Assembly (NCBI GenBank): GCA_963663225.1
Contig: OY760142.1
Coordinates: 1,472,001 to 1,536,000 of the forward strand
Direction: 5' to 3'
DNA length: 64,000 bases
Source of the DNA: Nitrospirota bacterium
GTDB lineage: Bacteria; Nitrospirota; UBA9217
Shown here in pieces: positions 48,466-59,491 of this stretch. The notes beneath the pieces are model-generated. The model saw only the letters and a list, made by a program, of their open reading frames with translations, was not told the DNA's origin and did no database searches. The position numbers and the translations under genes are program-made. The stretch's first letter is position 1; each line of letters opens with the position of its first letter.

Positions 48466-48975
48466 ATGAAATTCTCAGGAGGCATAGTGCAGAGGGCGGA
48501 TCTTACAACCAGATCAGTCGCAGGATTTGTGGATATCCTCCTTATTATCGGATTGGCAAGACTGCCAGACGCATTCGGTTTTTTATCCGCAGCAGGGTAC
48601 ATCCTCATTCGAGACGGACTGCTCAATGGTCAAAGCATCGGGAAAAAACTCATTGGTCTTCGGGTGATAGCATACGAAACATCCGGATCTTCGATGAGCT
48701 ACCGAGAGTCAATTATCAGAAATGTACCACTCGCCATAGCTTTTTTCTTCTTTTTAATCCCCTATGTAGGGTGGGTTTTGGGCCTGCTGGTCCTCAGCGT
48801 GGAATGCCTGACCGCCCTCGGTGATGACGAGGGGATGAGAATTGGAGATATGCTTGCGAGAACGCGCGTTGTCTGCAGGGCCCCTGCCTCAGAGACTCCA
48901 AAAGATGACAGGGGACAGCAGCCGACCGATACTGCCCTGACCAATACGGGCGAATCCCCCGATTCACGGAAATGA
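48466..48975 (+). CDS. RDD family membrane protein
   Basis: R..AGFVD, GQSIGKKLIGLRV, RIGDMLARTRV. Confidence 0.88.
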   Translation: MKFSGGIVQRADLTTRSVAGFVDILLIIGLARLPDAFGFLSAAGYILIRDGLLNGQSIGKKLIGLRVIAYETSGSSMSYRESIIRNVPLAIAFFFFLIPYVGWVLGLLVLSVECLTALGDDEGMRIGDMLARTRVVCRAPASETPKDDRGQQPTDTALTNTGESPDSRK

Positions 48976-49098
48976 TGACGGAGAAGAAAATCACAAACAG
49001 TTCAGGAGCCGGTATTGCAATCGGCAGCTTTGACGTCCGAGATGGCTGTTTTCTTGCTTGTAATTCATGTTTAATTTTGAAAGGAGTTTTTGCGCACA

Positions 49099-50124
49099 AT
49101 GATTATTAATACTATCATGGGTTGGTTCTCAAATGATATGGCGATAGATTTGGGGACGGCGAATACCCTGGTTTACGTAAAAGGAAAAGGAATCGTTTGC
49201 AATGAACCTTCGGTTGTTGCTATTTCCGTGAAGACCGGGAAAGTGCTTGCTGTTGGTGCCGGAGCAAAAAAAATGCTCGGCCGTACACCAGGGGATATTA
49301 AAACGATCCGGCCGATCAAGGACGGTGTTATTTCCGACTTTGATGTTACCGGAGAAATGCTCAAATATTTTATCCAGCGGGTTCACAACCGGCAGCGATT
49401 CATGCGTCCGCGCATCGTTATCGGCGTGCCGACGGGGATCACGCAGGTGGAGCAGCGTGCTGTCAAAGATGCCGCCATCACCTCCGGAGGACGTGATGTG
49501 TATCTGATAGAGGAACCCGTAGCAGCTGCCATCGGGACGGGACTGCCCATCTCTGAACCTTCGGGCAATATGATTGTCGATATCGGCGGCGGCACCACGG
49601 ACATTGCCGTAATCTCGATGGATGGAGTGGTGTACAGCAAGGCCATCCGCGTCGGCGGCGACAAGATGGACGAGGCCATCATCAACTATATTAAACGTAA
49701 ATACAACCTCCTCATCGGTGAGATGATGGCCGAACAGATCAAGCTTGAGATTGGATCGGCATATAAAATGGACAGCACCCGTATGACCATGGAGATTAAA
49801 GGTCGCGACCTGGTCTCCGGCATACCCAAGACGCTCATCCTTGACGACGATGAAGTGCGTGAGGCTCTGGCGGAACCCATTGCCCAGATCCTGAACGGCA
49901 TCAAGCTTGCGCTTGAAAATACTCCTCCGGAACTCTCGGCAGACATTGTTGACAAGGGCATTGTCCTGGCGGGCGGCGGGGCGCTCCTGAAGGGGCTGGA
50001 TGTTTTTCTCAGAGAAGAAACATCACTTCCCATTATCATAGCGGAAGACCCTCTTACCTGTGTTGCGCTTGGTGCGGGCAAGGTCCTCGACGATGAGGAA
50101 ATACTGCAAAAAGTCATCATGTAA
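49099..50124 (+). CDS. mreB: Rod shape-determining protein MreB
   Basis: [30 protein letters not shown]. Confidence 0.98.
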   Translation: MIINTIMGWFSNDMAIDLGTANTLVYVKGKGIVCNEPSVVAISVKTGKVLAVGAGAKKMLGRTPGDIKTIRPIKDGVISDFDVTGEMLKYFIQRVHNRQRFMRPRIVIGVPTGITQVEQRAVKDAAITSGGRDVYLIEEPVAAAIGTGLPISEPSGNMIVDIGGGTTDIAVISMDGVVYSKAIRVGGDKMDEAIINYIKRKYNLLIGEMMAEQIKLEIGSAYKMDSTRMTMEIKGRDLVSGIPKTLILDDDEVREALAEPIAQILNGIKLALENTPPELSADIVDKGIVLAGGGALLKGLDVFLREETSLPIIIAEDPLTCVALGAGKVLDDEEILQKVIM

Positions 50125-50185
50125 AGCGTGCCGGGGATATTGCTGTTTGATTACCTGGCAATACTGAACGGAAAGATACCGGCCG

Positions 50186-50992
50186 ATGCTCGGATTTGTC
50201 TCGAAGCACAGAAAATTTTTTTTCATCTTCCTTCTTTTTGTCATCCTGTTCTGGCTGATTACCGTGCAGGTAAAAAACGGGCGTTTTTTGTTTATGGAAA
50301 AACCTGTTCTGGCCGTGTCAGGTTTTTTTGAGAGAATGATAACCAAAACATTCACGGCTGTAGAAGCTGTCGGCAATCATTATGTGCTGCTTGTGCAGAC
50401 ACAGCGGAACAATGAGCGGCTGAAAGAAGAAAATGATCGACTGCGGCTCGAAAGCGCGGTTGTAAATGAGCTGCTTGCCGAAAATGGGAGGCTTCGTGAC
50501 GCCCTGGCGTTTAAACAGCTGTACCAGCCGACGTCAATCATGGTCCAGGTAATCGGCAAGGAAATGTCTCCCGTCTCCGCCACCATAACGATCGGCAAGG
50601 GCTCCGACCAGGGCATCAAGAAGGATATGGCGGTCATTACGCCGTCGGGTGTTGTGGGAAAAGTGCAAACAGCGCTTTCCGGATCGGCTAAAGTCATTCT
50701 GCTGACCGACCCGGGAAGCACCCTTGCTGTACGAGTGCAGAGAAACCGTGAAGAAGGACTGCTGGAAGGCAAGCTGGTGAACTGCGCTCTCAAATATGTT
50801 TCCTACTATGCCGATATCCAACAGGGGGACCTGCTTGTCACCTCAGGACTTGATGGCGTTTATCCGAAGGGCCTCGCCGTGGCCACCGTTGTGAAAGTCA
50901 TAAAACGCGAGACGAGCGCGTTCCAGACAGTTGTTGCGGAACCTGTCGTCCGATTTTCGCGTTTGGAAGAAGCATTGGTACTGACAAAATGA
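50186..50992 (+). CDS. mreC: Rod shape-determining protein MreC
   Basis: TM + coiled coil + GDLLVTSGLDGVYPKGL; synteny. Confidence 0.93.
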   Translation: MLGFVSKHRKFFFIFLLFVILFWLITVQVKNGRFLFMEKPVLAVSGFFERMITKTFTAVEAVGNHYVLLVQTQRNNERLKEENDRLRLESAVVNELLAENGRLRDALAFKQLYQPTSIMVQVIGKEMSPVSATITIGKGSDQGIKKDMAVITPSGVVGKVQTALSGSAKVILLTDPGSTLAVRVQRNREEGLLEGKLVNCALKYVSYYADIQQGDLLVTSGLDGVYPKGLAVATVVKVIKRETSAFQTVVAEPVVRFSRLEEALVLTK

Positions 50993-51501
50993 AGGCCGGC
51001 GTATATTGCGTTTTTTTCTTGCTGATCATTCCGTTTCAATCAAGCTTGTTCAACCCTCTGGCGATAGCGGGAATTAAACCCGACCTTGCATTTTCTTTTC
51101 TCTATATTATCGGGCTTCTTACCGGCCCTGGTGAGGCAACACTCGCCGGCATGGGTGCGGGGTTGCTTATCGATATTGGATCTTCGAGCTTTCTCGGAGT
51201 CACCGGGATCAGCCGAGGTCTTCTTGGTCTTTCCGCCGGCCTGCTCGGGAAAAAAGTGCTTGATATTACGAGCCCATCGAACGGCATATTTATGACTGCT
51301 TTCAGCTTGCTGGAAGGGGTTATTTTTTTGTTTTTTCTGCAGATTGTTTACAGCGACCTTCCTTTCCTCAACCTTGTGATAGAGCGTATTCTGCCTCAGG
51401 CGATCTACACCGGCGTACTCGGGATTATATTACTGAGATTAATAACCGAAAAAAAAATTCTGCCTGTTCTGATGAGAAGGACTGCTCAAAAGGAGTTGTA
51501 G
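50989..51501 (+). CDS. mreD: Rod shape-determining protein MreD
   Basis: IKPDL motif, hydrophobic; synteny. Confidence 0.85.
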   Translation: MKAGVYCVFFLLIIPFQSSLFNPLAIAGIKPDLAFSFLYIIGLLTGPGEATLAGMGAGLLIDIGSSSFLGVTGISRGLLGLSAGLLGKKVLDITSPSNGIFMTAFSLLEGVIFLFFLQIVYSDLPFLNLVIERILPQAIYTGVLGIILLRLITEKKILPVLMRRTAQKEL

Positions 51502-53313
51502 ATGTTCCACGAAGAGAGCCCCGCCGCAATTCAGAAAAGGCTTCCCCTGCTGGCAATTTTCATTGTTCTCGGTATTGTGGTTCTTTTTACCCGTCTTTGG
51601 TATCTGCAGGCGGTCCGCGGTGAATACTACTATGAGCAAGCGGAGAACAACCGGATCAGACCGGTAAAGCTCAGGCCGCCGCGGGGAATAATCTTTGACA
51701 GAAACGGCAAGCCGATCGTCGAAAACGTGCTGACGTTCGATATCTCGCTCGTCCCTGAAGACGCCACAGACCTCGATGCGACCATAAAAAGACTGTCTGC
51801 AATCGTCAAAGTCGATCAGAACACAATCCGACAGATACTCGATGATGCTTCTACGGTCAGAACGAAATACGAACCGGTGAAAATCAAGGAAGAAGCACCC
51901 TGGGACGAAGTAACCGTCGTTGAAGCACACCTGGACGATCTGCCCGGCGCCATTATTGAGCCTGAGCATCGCAGGCATTATCCGTATGGCGGAACCGCCT
52001 CTCACCAACTCGGTTACCTCGGCAAGGTCTCGCAAAGCCAACGCAAGCAGCAGCAAACCGACGTCGGATTGCTTACCGGCCAGGGGGGGCTTGAAAAAAT
52101 CTATGACAAAATTTTGCGTGGAACGGCAGGCAGACGCATGATCCAAGTAAATGCGGCGGGCAGAAAAGTCAAGGATCTCGGCATCGTGGAGCCCAGACCG
52201 GGTGATGACATTTTTCTGACTCTTGATCTTGATGTCCAACGGGCCGCAGAAGAGGCGCTCGGCAGCCGCCCTGGTTCCGTTGTAGCAATGGACCCGAATA
52301 CCGGGGAAATTCTCGCGATAGTAAGTCATCCCAATTTTGACCCGAACCTGTTTCCCCGGGGCATTGCTCCCAAAGACTGGGTTCGTCTGACCAATGATCC
52401 TTCGCATCCGCTTTATAACCGTGCAATTCAGAGTGTCTATCCGCCCGGTTCTGTTTTTAAGATTCTTGTTGCACTGGCAGGACTCGATTCCGGCGTGATC
52501 GATCCCGATGAAAAAATAACATGCAAGGGCTCTATCAAGAGCGGCAAGCATTCCTTCCGGTGCTGGAAGGGTCATGGCCATGGTCCCATCGCATTTCACC
52601 AGGCGCTTGTCGAATCCTGCGACGTATATTTTTATCTTATGGGTGACCGCATCGGGTTCGACCGTATTGCGCAATACGCAAAAAAGCTGGGACTCGGCAG
52701 CCTGACTGGAATCAATCTCCCTGATGAAAAGGCAGGGTTGATACCAACGACGGACTGGAAAAAGAAACGCACTGGTGAGGCCTGGTATGCGGGAGATTCC
52801 TATATCAACTCCATCGGCCAGGGGTTTGTTCTTGTCAGCCCTCTTCAGGCCGCGCGAATGATCGGCGCAGTTGCGAACGGAGGCCATCTCTATCAGCCGC
52901 TGCTGCTGAAGCAAACCAGGAACAGAGAAACGGGAGACATTAAAACGTTTTCATCAAAGCATCAGGACGTCGTTCATCTTGACCCTGATGCGCTTGCCGA
53001 AGTGAACCGGGCGCTTGCAGGCGTGGTCGCAGAACCGGGAGGAACCGGACATGCCGCGCAAACGCTCTTTGCAACGGTGGCCGGCAAGACCGGAACTGCG
53101 CAGGTCGTTTCGCAGAAGACCCCGGGCAAAAAGCTGTCAGGAAAAACGCAGGACCATGCCTGGTTCGTTGCATATGCGCCGGTTGAAAATCCCAGAATAG
53201 CAGTGGCTGTTTTGGTCGAGCATGGAGGGCACGGCGGCGGAGCGGCGGCGCCCGTGGCAAAAGCGGTCATTGAGGAGTATATGAAAAATGCAGAGCCAAC
53301 GATGGTTCACTAA
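51502..53313 (+). CDS. mrdA: Penicillin-binding protein 2
   Basis: PPRGIIFDRNG, SxxK (GSVFK), SCD, KTGTAQ. Confidence 0.96.
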   Translation: MFHEESPAAIQKRLPLLAIFIVLGIVVLFTRLWYLQAVRGEYYYEQAENNRIRPVKLRPPRGIIFDRNGKPIVENVLTFDISLVPEDATDLDATIKRLSAIVKVDQNTIRQILDDASTVRTKYEPVKIKEEAPWDEVTVVEAHLDDLPGAIIEPEHRRHYPYGGTASHQLGYLGKVSQSQRKQQQTDVGLLTGQGGLEKIYDKILRGTAGRRMIQVNAAGRKVKDLGIVEPRPGDDIFLTLDLDVQRAAEEALGSRPGSVVAMDPNTGEILAIVSHPNFDPNLFPRGIAPKDWVRLTNDPSHPLYNRAIQSVYPPGSVFKILVALAGLDSGVIDPDEKITCKGSIKSGKHSFRCWKGHGHGPIAFHQALVESCDVYFYLMGDRIGFDRIAQYAKKLGLGSLTGINLPDEKAGLIPTTDWKKKRTGEAWYAGDSYINSIGQGFVLVSPLQAARMIGAVANGGHLYQPLLLKQTRNRETGDIKTFSSKHQDVVHLDPDALAEVNRALAGVVAEPGGTGHAAQTLFATVAGKTGTAQVVSQKTPGKKLSGKTQDHAWFVAYAPVENPRIAVAVLVEHGGHGGGAAAPVAKAVIEEYMKNAEPTMVH

Positions 53314-54418
53314 CCTGCCCTGGGGCATGGTCGGGCTTGTTTTCCTGATCGCACTGTTCGGCCTTGCAGCGGTATACAGCGCGACGTATACGGTACGAGG
53401 CCCTTCACCTCTTTATTACAAACAGATTGTCTGGATAGGCATCGGAATGGTTGTGATGTTTCTTGCGCTTATTCCGGACTACCATACGGTTGGGCGTTAC
53501 GCATACATCCTTTATGCATTGTCGCTTGTGCTGCTTCTGCTGGTCATGATAATGGGAAAGACCGGGATGGGAGCACAGCGATGGCTTTCCATCGGCCCTT
53601 TCGCGTTTCAACCATCGGAACTGGCAAAATTATCCATCACACTCGCGCTGGCGAGGTACTTTGCCGATACTGCAAGACACGGTGGGTATAATCTGAAGGA
53701 TCTGGCCATCCCCGGCGTCATGGTGCTGGTGCCGCTTTTGCTCGTGCTGAAGCAGCCCGACCTCGGCACTGCTCTCATGCTGCTGCTGACGTCCTCGCTT
53801 ATTGTCATGCTTGCGGGGATACATCTGCGGTCGGTCGCCGTGGTTCTCGTTACCGGCTTAGTAATCGCGGCGCTTGTGCTTTTTGTACCGCCCGTGCGCA
53901 ACAAGATTTGGGGATCGCTCAAGCCGTACCAGCAGAACAGAATCAAGGCTTTCATTGATCCGAGTTCAGACCGGCTTGGGAGCGGCTACCATGCGAATCA
54001 GTCGAAAATAGCCGTAGGATCAGGCCAGATTACCGGCAAAGGCTTCCGGAAAGGCACGCAAAGTCAGATGGCTTTCTTGCCTGAGCGCCACACAGATTTT
54101 ATTTTTGCGGTCATCGCGGAGGAGACAGGTTTTCTTGGCAGCACGATCCTGATTCTTCTGTATCTGATCCTTCTTCTGGTTGGTGTTGATACGGCAAAAA
54201 ACGCTAAAGACCGTCTCGGGGTGCTGATGGCTGGAGGTATCGTATCGATGATATCTCTTTACGTATTCATCAACGTGGGCATGGCGGTAGGTATCGTGCC
54301 TGTTGTGGGAGTGCCGCTCCCGCTTGTAAGTTACGGCGGAACTTCCATCATTACCACCTTCCTTGCTCTTGGCCTGCTTCTCAACATCCAGACGAGGCGG
54401 TTTATGCTGTTTTACTAA
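53288..54418 (+). CDS. rodA: Rod shape-determining protein RodA
   Basis: QPSELAK, QPDLGT, PERHTDFIF, PLVSYGGTS. Confidence 0.96.
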   Translation: MQSQRWFTNLPWGMVGLVFLIALFGLAAVYSATYTVRGPSPLYYKQIVWIGIGMVVMFLALIPDYHTVGRYAYILYALSLVLLLLVMIMGKTGMGAQRWLSIGPFAFQPSELAKLSITLALARYFADTARHGGYNLKDLAIPGVMVLVPLLLVLKQPDLGTALMLLLTSSLIVMLAGIHLRSVAVVLVTGLVIAALVLFVPPVRNKIWGSLKPYQQNRIKAFIDPSSDRLGSGYHANQSKIAVGSGQITGKGFRKGTQSQMAFLPERHTDFIFAVIAEETGFLGSTILILLYLILLLVGVDTAKNAKDRLGVLMAGGIVSMISLYVFINVGMAVGIVPVVGVPLPLVSYGGTSIITTFLALGLLLNIQTRRFMLFY

Positions 54419-54492
54419 TACGCTGCCACTTCCTTGATGCCTGTGCAAAGTCCAAGAAAATTCAGCAAGCCGCGCGTGTATAAAGGAGCCTC

Positions 54493-57165
54493 ATGTTTGA
54501 ACGTTTTTTGCCGCTGGTAAGCAAGCCGGCGCGGTATATTAATGCGGAAATCAACAGCGTTCGGAAAGACTTTTCGAAGGTCAAAACGAAAGTCTGTCTT
54601 TTTTTCCCCGATACCTATGAAGTAGGCATGTCTCATCTCGGATTGAAAATCCTCTATCACATTCTGAACACCCGGGAAGACACCGCCTGCGAACGGGTGT
54701 TTTCCCCATGGACGGACTATGAAGAGCGGCTCCGCGCCTCCGAACACAAGCTCGCAAGCCTCGAATCAAACCTGCCTCTTTCTGAATTCGACATTCTCGG
54801 AGTTACGCTTCAATATGAGTTGTCATACTCGAATATTCTGACGGCTTTGGACCTGGCAGGCATCCCGCTCCGTGCAGCAGACAGGACCGACAAACATCCG
54901 ATTGTTATCGCAGGAGGGCCCTGCACTATGAATCCGGGGCCGCTTTCCGATTTTATCGATGTTTTTTTTCTCGGTGATGCGGAAGAGGCCGTGCATGAGC
55001 TCGTTGAGCTTAAACAGCAGCATAAACGCCGACAGGTTTTTCTTGAAACCATTGCCCGTCAGGAAGGGTTCTATGTGCCGGAAATCGGCACGAAGGGTGT
55101 TACCAGGAGGTTTCTTGAAAGTCTCGAGCACGCCTCTTATCCGGCTAAACCGGTGCTTCCATTTTTAAAACCCATACACGACAGAGTCACGGTAGAGGTT
55201 GCCAGAGGATGTATCCGGGGGTGCCGGTTCTGCCAGGCAGGGATGATTTACCGGCCCTATCGCGAACGAAGTCCTGAAACCGTCAAAGCCCTGCTTCACG
55301 ACTCCCTGCGTTGCACGGGATATGAAGAGCTGTCTCTGGCCTCGCTCAGCGCAGGCGATTACACCGGCATCCAACCGCTTGTCGTCGATTTGATGAAGCA
55401 ATACCATGACAGCCGCGTTTCGATTTCTCTTCCTTCTCTTCGCGTGGGAACGCTTACGCCGGAAATGGTGCAGGCCATTGCTGATACACGCAAAACCGGA
55501 TTTACGCTTGCGCCGGAAGCGGGAACTGAGCGCCTTCGCAATGTCATCAATAAACCGCTGAGTGACAGCGACCTTTTTCGCGCTGCGGAAACTATTTTTA
55601 AAAACGGTTGGAATGTCCTTAAGCTGTATTTTATGATCGGACTGCCGACGGAAACCGATGAGGACCTGGACGGGATCGTCAGGCTCGTCAACGAAATCTT
55701 TGCTCTCGGCAGAAAAGTGTCGAAGCGCGGGGTGCAGTTGAATATTACGCTGTCCTCGTTTGTTCCAAAACCGCACACCGCTTTCCAGTGGACCGGGCAA
55801 GCCTCATTGGAGGAAATACGCACCAAGCAACGCTACCTGGAACAAAGGCTTCGGCGACGCGGTATTGCGCTAAAACCGCATAATGCTGAAATGAGTCTGC
55901 TAGAAGGGGCTTTTGCGCGGGGTGACAGAACGCTCGGCAGGGTGATTCAGGAAGCGATGCGGATCGGCTGTCGGTTTGATGCTTGGAGTGAATGCTTTGA
56001 TTTCAGAAAATGGGAGGAGGCGTTCGCAAAATTTGGGGTTGCAATGCCCGATTATGCGTGCCGTACTTTTAAAAAAGAAGAACCCCTTCCGTGGGAATAT
56101 GTGCACAGCGGGATCTCCAAAGAATTTTTCCAGACCGAATATCAACGCGCTTTGGCTGCAGAAACCACGGAAAACTGCAGAATGGAATGCAGACAGTGCG
56201 GGCTGGAGTGCAAGGACGGCGGGACCCCATCATTGGGAAAACCGGCCGCGCTGGCGCCGCATTGGGAATATGTGCACAGCGGGATCTCCAAAGAATTTTT
56301 CCAGACCGAATATCAACGCGCTTTGGCTGCAGAAACCACGGAAAACTGCAGAATGGAATGCAGACAGTGCGGGCTGGAGTGCAAGGACGGCGGGACCCCA
56401 TCATTGGGAAAACCGGCCGCGCTGGCGCCGCATTCGGCGCCTCCCAAAACTGCATCTGTCGCGGACTCCCAGGAACAGAAATCAAACGGAATCGAACCCT
56501 CTGTCCGAATCAGATTTCAATATGCAAAAACCGGCCGCATAAGATTTCTTTCACATCTCGACCTGATGACCCTTTTTCATCGGGCAGCAGTGCGAGCGGA
56601 AATCCCCCTGATGTTTTCCCAAGGGTTCAACCCGCATCCAAAAATCGCTTTTAGTCCTGCCCTATCCGTCGGCATGGAAAGCGAAGCGGAATATTTGGAT
56701 ATGGAAATCAGCCATCTCACCAGCCTCGATCACATCACGCAGGCGTTCAGTAATGCATTGCCGAGTGGAATACAAATCAGGAAATCACGCATTATTCCTT
56801 TAAAAGCACCGTCGCTTTCCGGAAGTATCAGCAGGTATGTCTATACGGTCAGAGTTCCAGCCCCTTATTCTGACATCGTCGATCATCGTTTGACGGCGTT
56901 CTCAGCCCAACCAACAGCGCTGGTGGAAAAAGAAGGGAAAAAAAAGGACATCAAACCGCTTATCGAATCGATAACACACGAACCATCCTCTGGCACGATT
57001 ATCGCAACGCTGCAGGACAGCGCCGAATCCAAAATACGCATTCAGGATGTTCTCAAGATTCTTTTTGATGCATCCCCTGAGGATATTCCATTCTTTGAGA
57101 TCGTCCGTACTGCGCTTTATGCAAAAAAACAGAACCAGTGGATAGACCCTCTGGAAAATATCTAG
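54493..57165 (+). CDS. B12-binding-domain radical SAM protein fused to a DUF2344-like domain, with an internal 57-aa duplication
   Basis: FPDTYEVGMSHLG, RGCIRGCRFCQAG, TLAPEAG, C-terminal FLSHLD...FSQGFNPHPK; usual position between rodA and rng. Confidence 0.9.
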   Translation: MFERFLPLVSKPARYINAEINSVRKDFSKVKTKVCLFFPDTYEVGMSHLGLKILYHILNTREDTACERVFSPWTDYEERLRASEHKLASLESNLPLSEFDILGVTLQYELSYSNILTALDLAGIPLRAADRTDKHPIVIAGGPCTMNPGPLSDFIDVFFLGDAEEAVHELVELKQQHKRRQVFLETIARQEGFYVPEIGTKGVTRRFLESLEHASYPAKPVLPFLKPIHDRVTVEVARGCIRGCRFCQAGMIYRPYRERSPETVKALLHDSLRCTGYEELSLASLSAGDYTGIQPLVVDLMKQYHDSRVSISLPSLRVGTLTPEMVQAIADTRKTGFTLAPEAGTERLRNVINKPLSDSDLFRAAETIFKNGWNVLKLYFMIGLPTETDEDLDGIVRLVNEIFALGRKVSKRGVQLNITLSSFVPKPHTAFQWTGQASLEEIRTKQRYLEQRLRRRGIALKPHNAEMSLLEGAFARGDRTLGRVIQEAMRIGCRFDAWSECFDFRKWEEAFAKFGVAMPDYACRTFKKEEPLPWEYVHSGISKEFFQTEYQRALAAETTENCRMECRQCGLECKDGGTPSLGKPAALAPHWEYVHSGISKEFFQTEYQRALAAETTENCRMECRQCGLECKDGGTPSLGKPAALAPHSAPPKTASVADSQEQKSNGIEPSVRIRFQYAKTGRIRFLSHLDLMTLFHRAAVRAEIPLMFSQGFNPHPKIAFSPALSVGMESEAEYLDMEISHLTSLDHITQAFSNALPSGIQIRKSRIIPLKAPSLSGSISRYVYTVRVPAPYSDIVDHRLTAFSAQPTALVEKEGKKKDIKPLIESITHEPSSGTIIATLQDSAESKIRIQDVLKILFDASPEDIPFFEIVRTALYAKKQNQWIDPLENI
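56092..56433 (+). repeat. Exact 171-bp tandem duplication (2 copies, in frame)
   Basis: 56092-56262 equals 56263-56433, each encoding WEYVHSG...CRMECRQCGLEC...AALAPH. Confidence 0.95.
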
Positions 57166-57292
57166 CCCTGTCTCTTCAGCAGAAGCCGGTTGACCGCCTC
57201 AGGCTTTTGTCCCAGACATTTTTGCTTTATCTCTTGTATTCAATCACATCCTCATATACAATAGTAAAAGATATCATGCATGAGGAGAAGCT

Positions 57293-58798
57293 ATGTCATC
57301 CGAGATCATCGTAAACGCGGGCCGGGAAGAGACGCGCGTGGCCCTTACAGACAACGGTCTGGTTACGGAAATATATATCGACCGTAAAAAAGACCGCGGC
57401 GTTGCCGGCAATGTATATAAAGGCCGTGTCATGAAAGTGCTGCCCGGCATGCAGGCTTCCTTTGTGGACATCGGACTTGAAAAGTCCGCTTTTCTTTACG
57501 TGGGGGACGTTTTTGACAGCACCTCGGAATATACCCCGATGATGGACGATGAAGGACTTGAGCTCGAGGTTGAGCCGAAGCGAAAGCGTGCATATGCCAC
57601 CCAGATTGAAGACCTGCTTCAGGAAGGGCAGGAGATCCTCGTGCAAGTTTCGAAAGAGCCGATCAGCACCAAAGGCGCGCGGGTCACCACCTACATCAGC
57701 ATTCCCGGCCGGTATCTGGTCATGATGCCGGGTGTCAACCATATCGGTGTTTCGCGGCGGATCGAAAACAGCGAGGAGCGAAACCGGCTCCGTGAAATCG
57801 TGGGCAGGCTCCGGAAACCGAACACGGGTTATATCATCCGGACTGCGAGCGAGGGCAGAAGCGAAGAGGATTTTACCGCAGACATCGAGTTTCTCGGCAG
57901 ATTATGGGAGAATATTCAGCGGAAAAAAGAACGGACGTCCGCCCCAGCGCTCATGCACAATGAGCTTGACCTCGTTTTCCGCATTATACGGGATATCTTC
58001 ACCCGGGATGTGGACAAAATGATCATCGACTCGTCCGAAGAATACCAGCGAGCAAAAGAATTCATCGATTCCTACCTTCCCCAGCTCAGCAGGCGTGTAA
58101 GGCCCTATGAGGGCGACGACCCTATTTTTGATCACTACGGTGTGGAAATTGAAATTTCACGCGCTCTTGGCAGAAAAGTCTGGCTCAAGTCGGGGGGATA
58201 CATTATCATCGACCAGACGGAAGCGCTTACCACCATTGATGTTAATACCGGACGATATGTGGGAAAGCGGACGCTGGAAGACACGATCCTGAAAACAAAC
58301 CTTGAGGCGGTACGCGAAATCGCCTATCAGTTGCGGCTCCGGAATATCGGCGGCATTATTATTCTTGATTTTATCGATATGGAACGCGAGGACAACCGCC
58401 GCAAAGTATATTCGGCTCTTCAGGAAGCCCTTGCCATCGACAAGGCAAAAACGACCATATCCCATATTTCACCGATCGGGCTTATAGAGATGACCCGCAA
58501 GCGGATACGCGAGAGCCTGGGCAGAACGCTTTGCGAACCCTGTCCGTATTGCGATGGGCGGGGCTATATTAAATCGGCACGGACAATCTGTTACGAGGTT
58601 TTCCGGGAAATCAGGCGTGCTTTTTCAAATGCGGATGAAAAGAAAGCTCTGGTGACCGTTAACTCAGTGGTCGCTGATTTGTTGTACGACGACGAGCGGC
58701 TGGGAGTTGAGGAACTGGAAAGGGAATTTCAAAAGAAAATCGTCATCAAGGCCGATCCCAATCTTCATCAAGAACAATATGAAGTCGTTATGGTCTGA
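57293..58798 (+). CDS. rng: Ribonuclease G (Rne/Rng family)
   Basis: GNVYKGRV..VLPGMQASFVDIG, IDVNTG, LRLRNIGGIIILDFIDM, CPYCDG. Confidence 0.93.
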   Translation: MSSEIIVNAGREETRVALTDNGLVTEIYIDRKKDRGVAGNVYKGRVMKVLPGMQASFVDIGLEKSAFLYVGDVFDSTSEYTPMMDDEGLELEVEPKRKRAYATQIEDLLQEGQEILVQVSKEPISTKGARVTTYISIPGRYLVMMPGVNHIGVSRRIENSEERNRLREIVGRLRKPNTGYIIRTASEGRSEEDFTADIEFLGRLWENIQRKKERTSAPALMHNELDLVFRIIRDIFTRDVDKMIIDSSEEYQRAKEFIDSYLPQLSRRVRPYEGDDPIFDHYGVEIEISRALGRKVWLKSGGYIIIDQTEALTTIDVNTGRYVGKRTLEDTILKTNLEAVREIAYQLRLRNIGGIIILDFIDMEREDNRRKVYSALQEALAIDKAKTTISHISPIGLIEMTRKRIRESLGRTLCEPCPYCDGRGYIKSARTICYEVFREIRRAFSNADEKKALVTVNSVVADLLYDDERLGVEELEREFQKKIVIKADPNLHQEQYEVVMV

Positions 58799-58849
58799 TC
58801 AGACTGCCTGAATACGGCGCAGGCGGCAGCTCCGGAAAACGGGTTTTCG

Positions 58850-59227
58850 CTACGCGCTTTTCTGCTTCAACATCGGCTCAATAACCATCCTGTCAATATC
58901 CTCCGGGCGAAACGGTTTCTCAATATACTGCACTCTTCCTTTTTTCTGCAGCAATGCTTGCAATTCCAGCGACCACGATGCCGTCATGATGATGACCGGA
59001 ACGGAAGGACACTGCTTTTGGGCATACTCAATGACAGTATATCCATCAAGATTCGGCATTACCAGATCGGTCAGAATCATATTCACGCAGTTTGATTCGA
59101 GCAGATGAATGGCCTTCTCCCCGTCTCCCGCAGTCAGTACGGTCAAGTCGGGTACTCTTGAGCAAAGATAGGATGCAAGTGTATCGCAAAGAGTCTTATT
59201 ATCATCAACGATAAGAATGGTTCTCAT
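58850..59227 (-). CDS. Single-domain response regulator (CheY-like)
   Basis: ILIVDD, LTDLVMP, MTA, KPF: all phosphorylation residues intact. Confidence 0.9.
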   Translation of the reverse strand: MRTILIVDDNKTLCDTLASYLCSRVPDLTVLTAGDGEKAIHLLESNCVNMILTDLVMPNLDGYTVIEYAQKQCPSVPVIIMTASWSLELQALLQKKGRVQYIEKPFRPEDIDRMVIEPMLKQKSA

Positions 59228-59281
59228 GGCTGTCCTATATAAGCGTATAAGAACGAATTAGTACACCTCTTTTTATTAATT

Positions 59282-59298
59282 AGCAAAATGGATACCAG
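59282..59298 (-). promoter_or_regulatory. Sigma-54 (-24/-12) promoter of the CheY-like gene
   Basis: Minus strand CTGGTATCCATTTTGCT = TGG-N10-GC, close to the TGGCAC-N5-TTGCW consensus. Confidence 0.6.
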
Positions 59299-59491
59299 AC
59301 GGATAACAGCAGGATAATGCAGGAAATGACCGGTAATAGCAGATTGAATTGTTCCTTGGATGATTATTTTGGCTGACCCATTTTGATCAGGGATCAGAAA
59401 GGAGGCATCAGATCAGCAGATACGGAGTTTTTCCAAAATGCACGGAATATCGGAGAGGTTTCTTGGTGCTTTGCGGTTATGTGAAGCTTTA

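Noticed and set aside
24828-52914. Long antisense ORFs (for example 24828-26228, 31241-32209, 35584-36555, 51439-52914)
   Set aside because: They are shadows of well-supported genes on the opposite strand and have no recognisable motifs.
56092-56433. CRISPR array or mobile element
   Set aside because: Only two directly adjacent copies, with no spacers, inverted repeats or cas genes; the repeat is intragenic and in frame.
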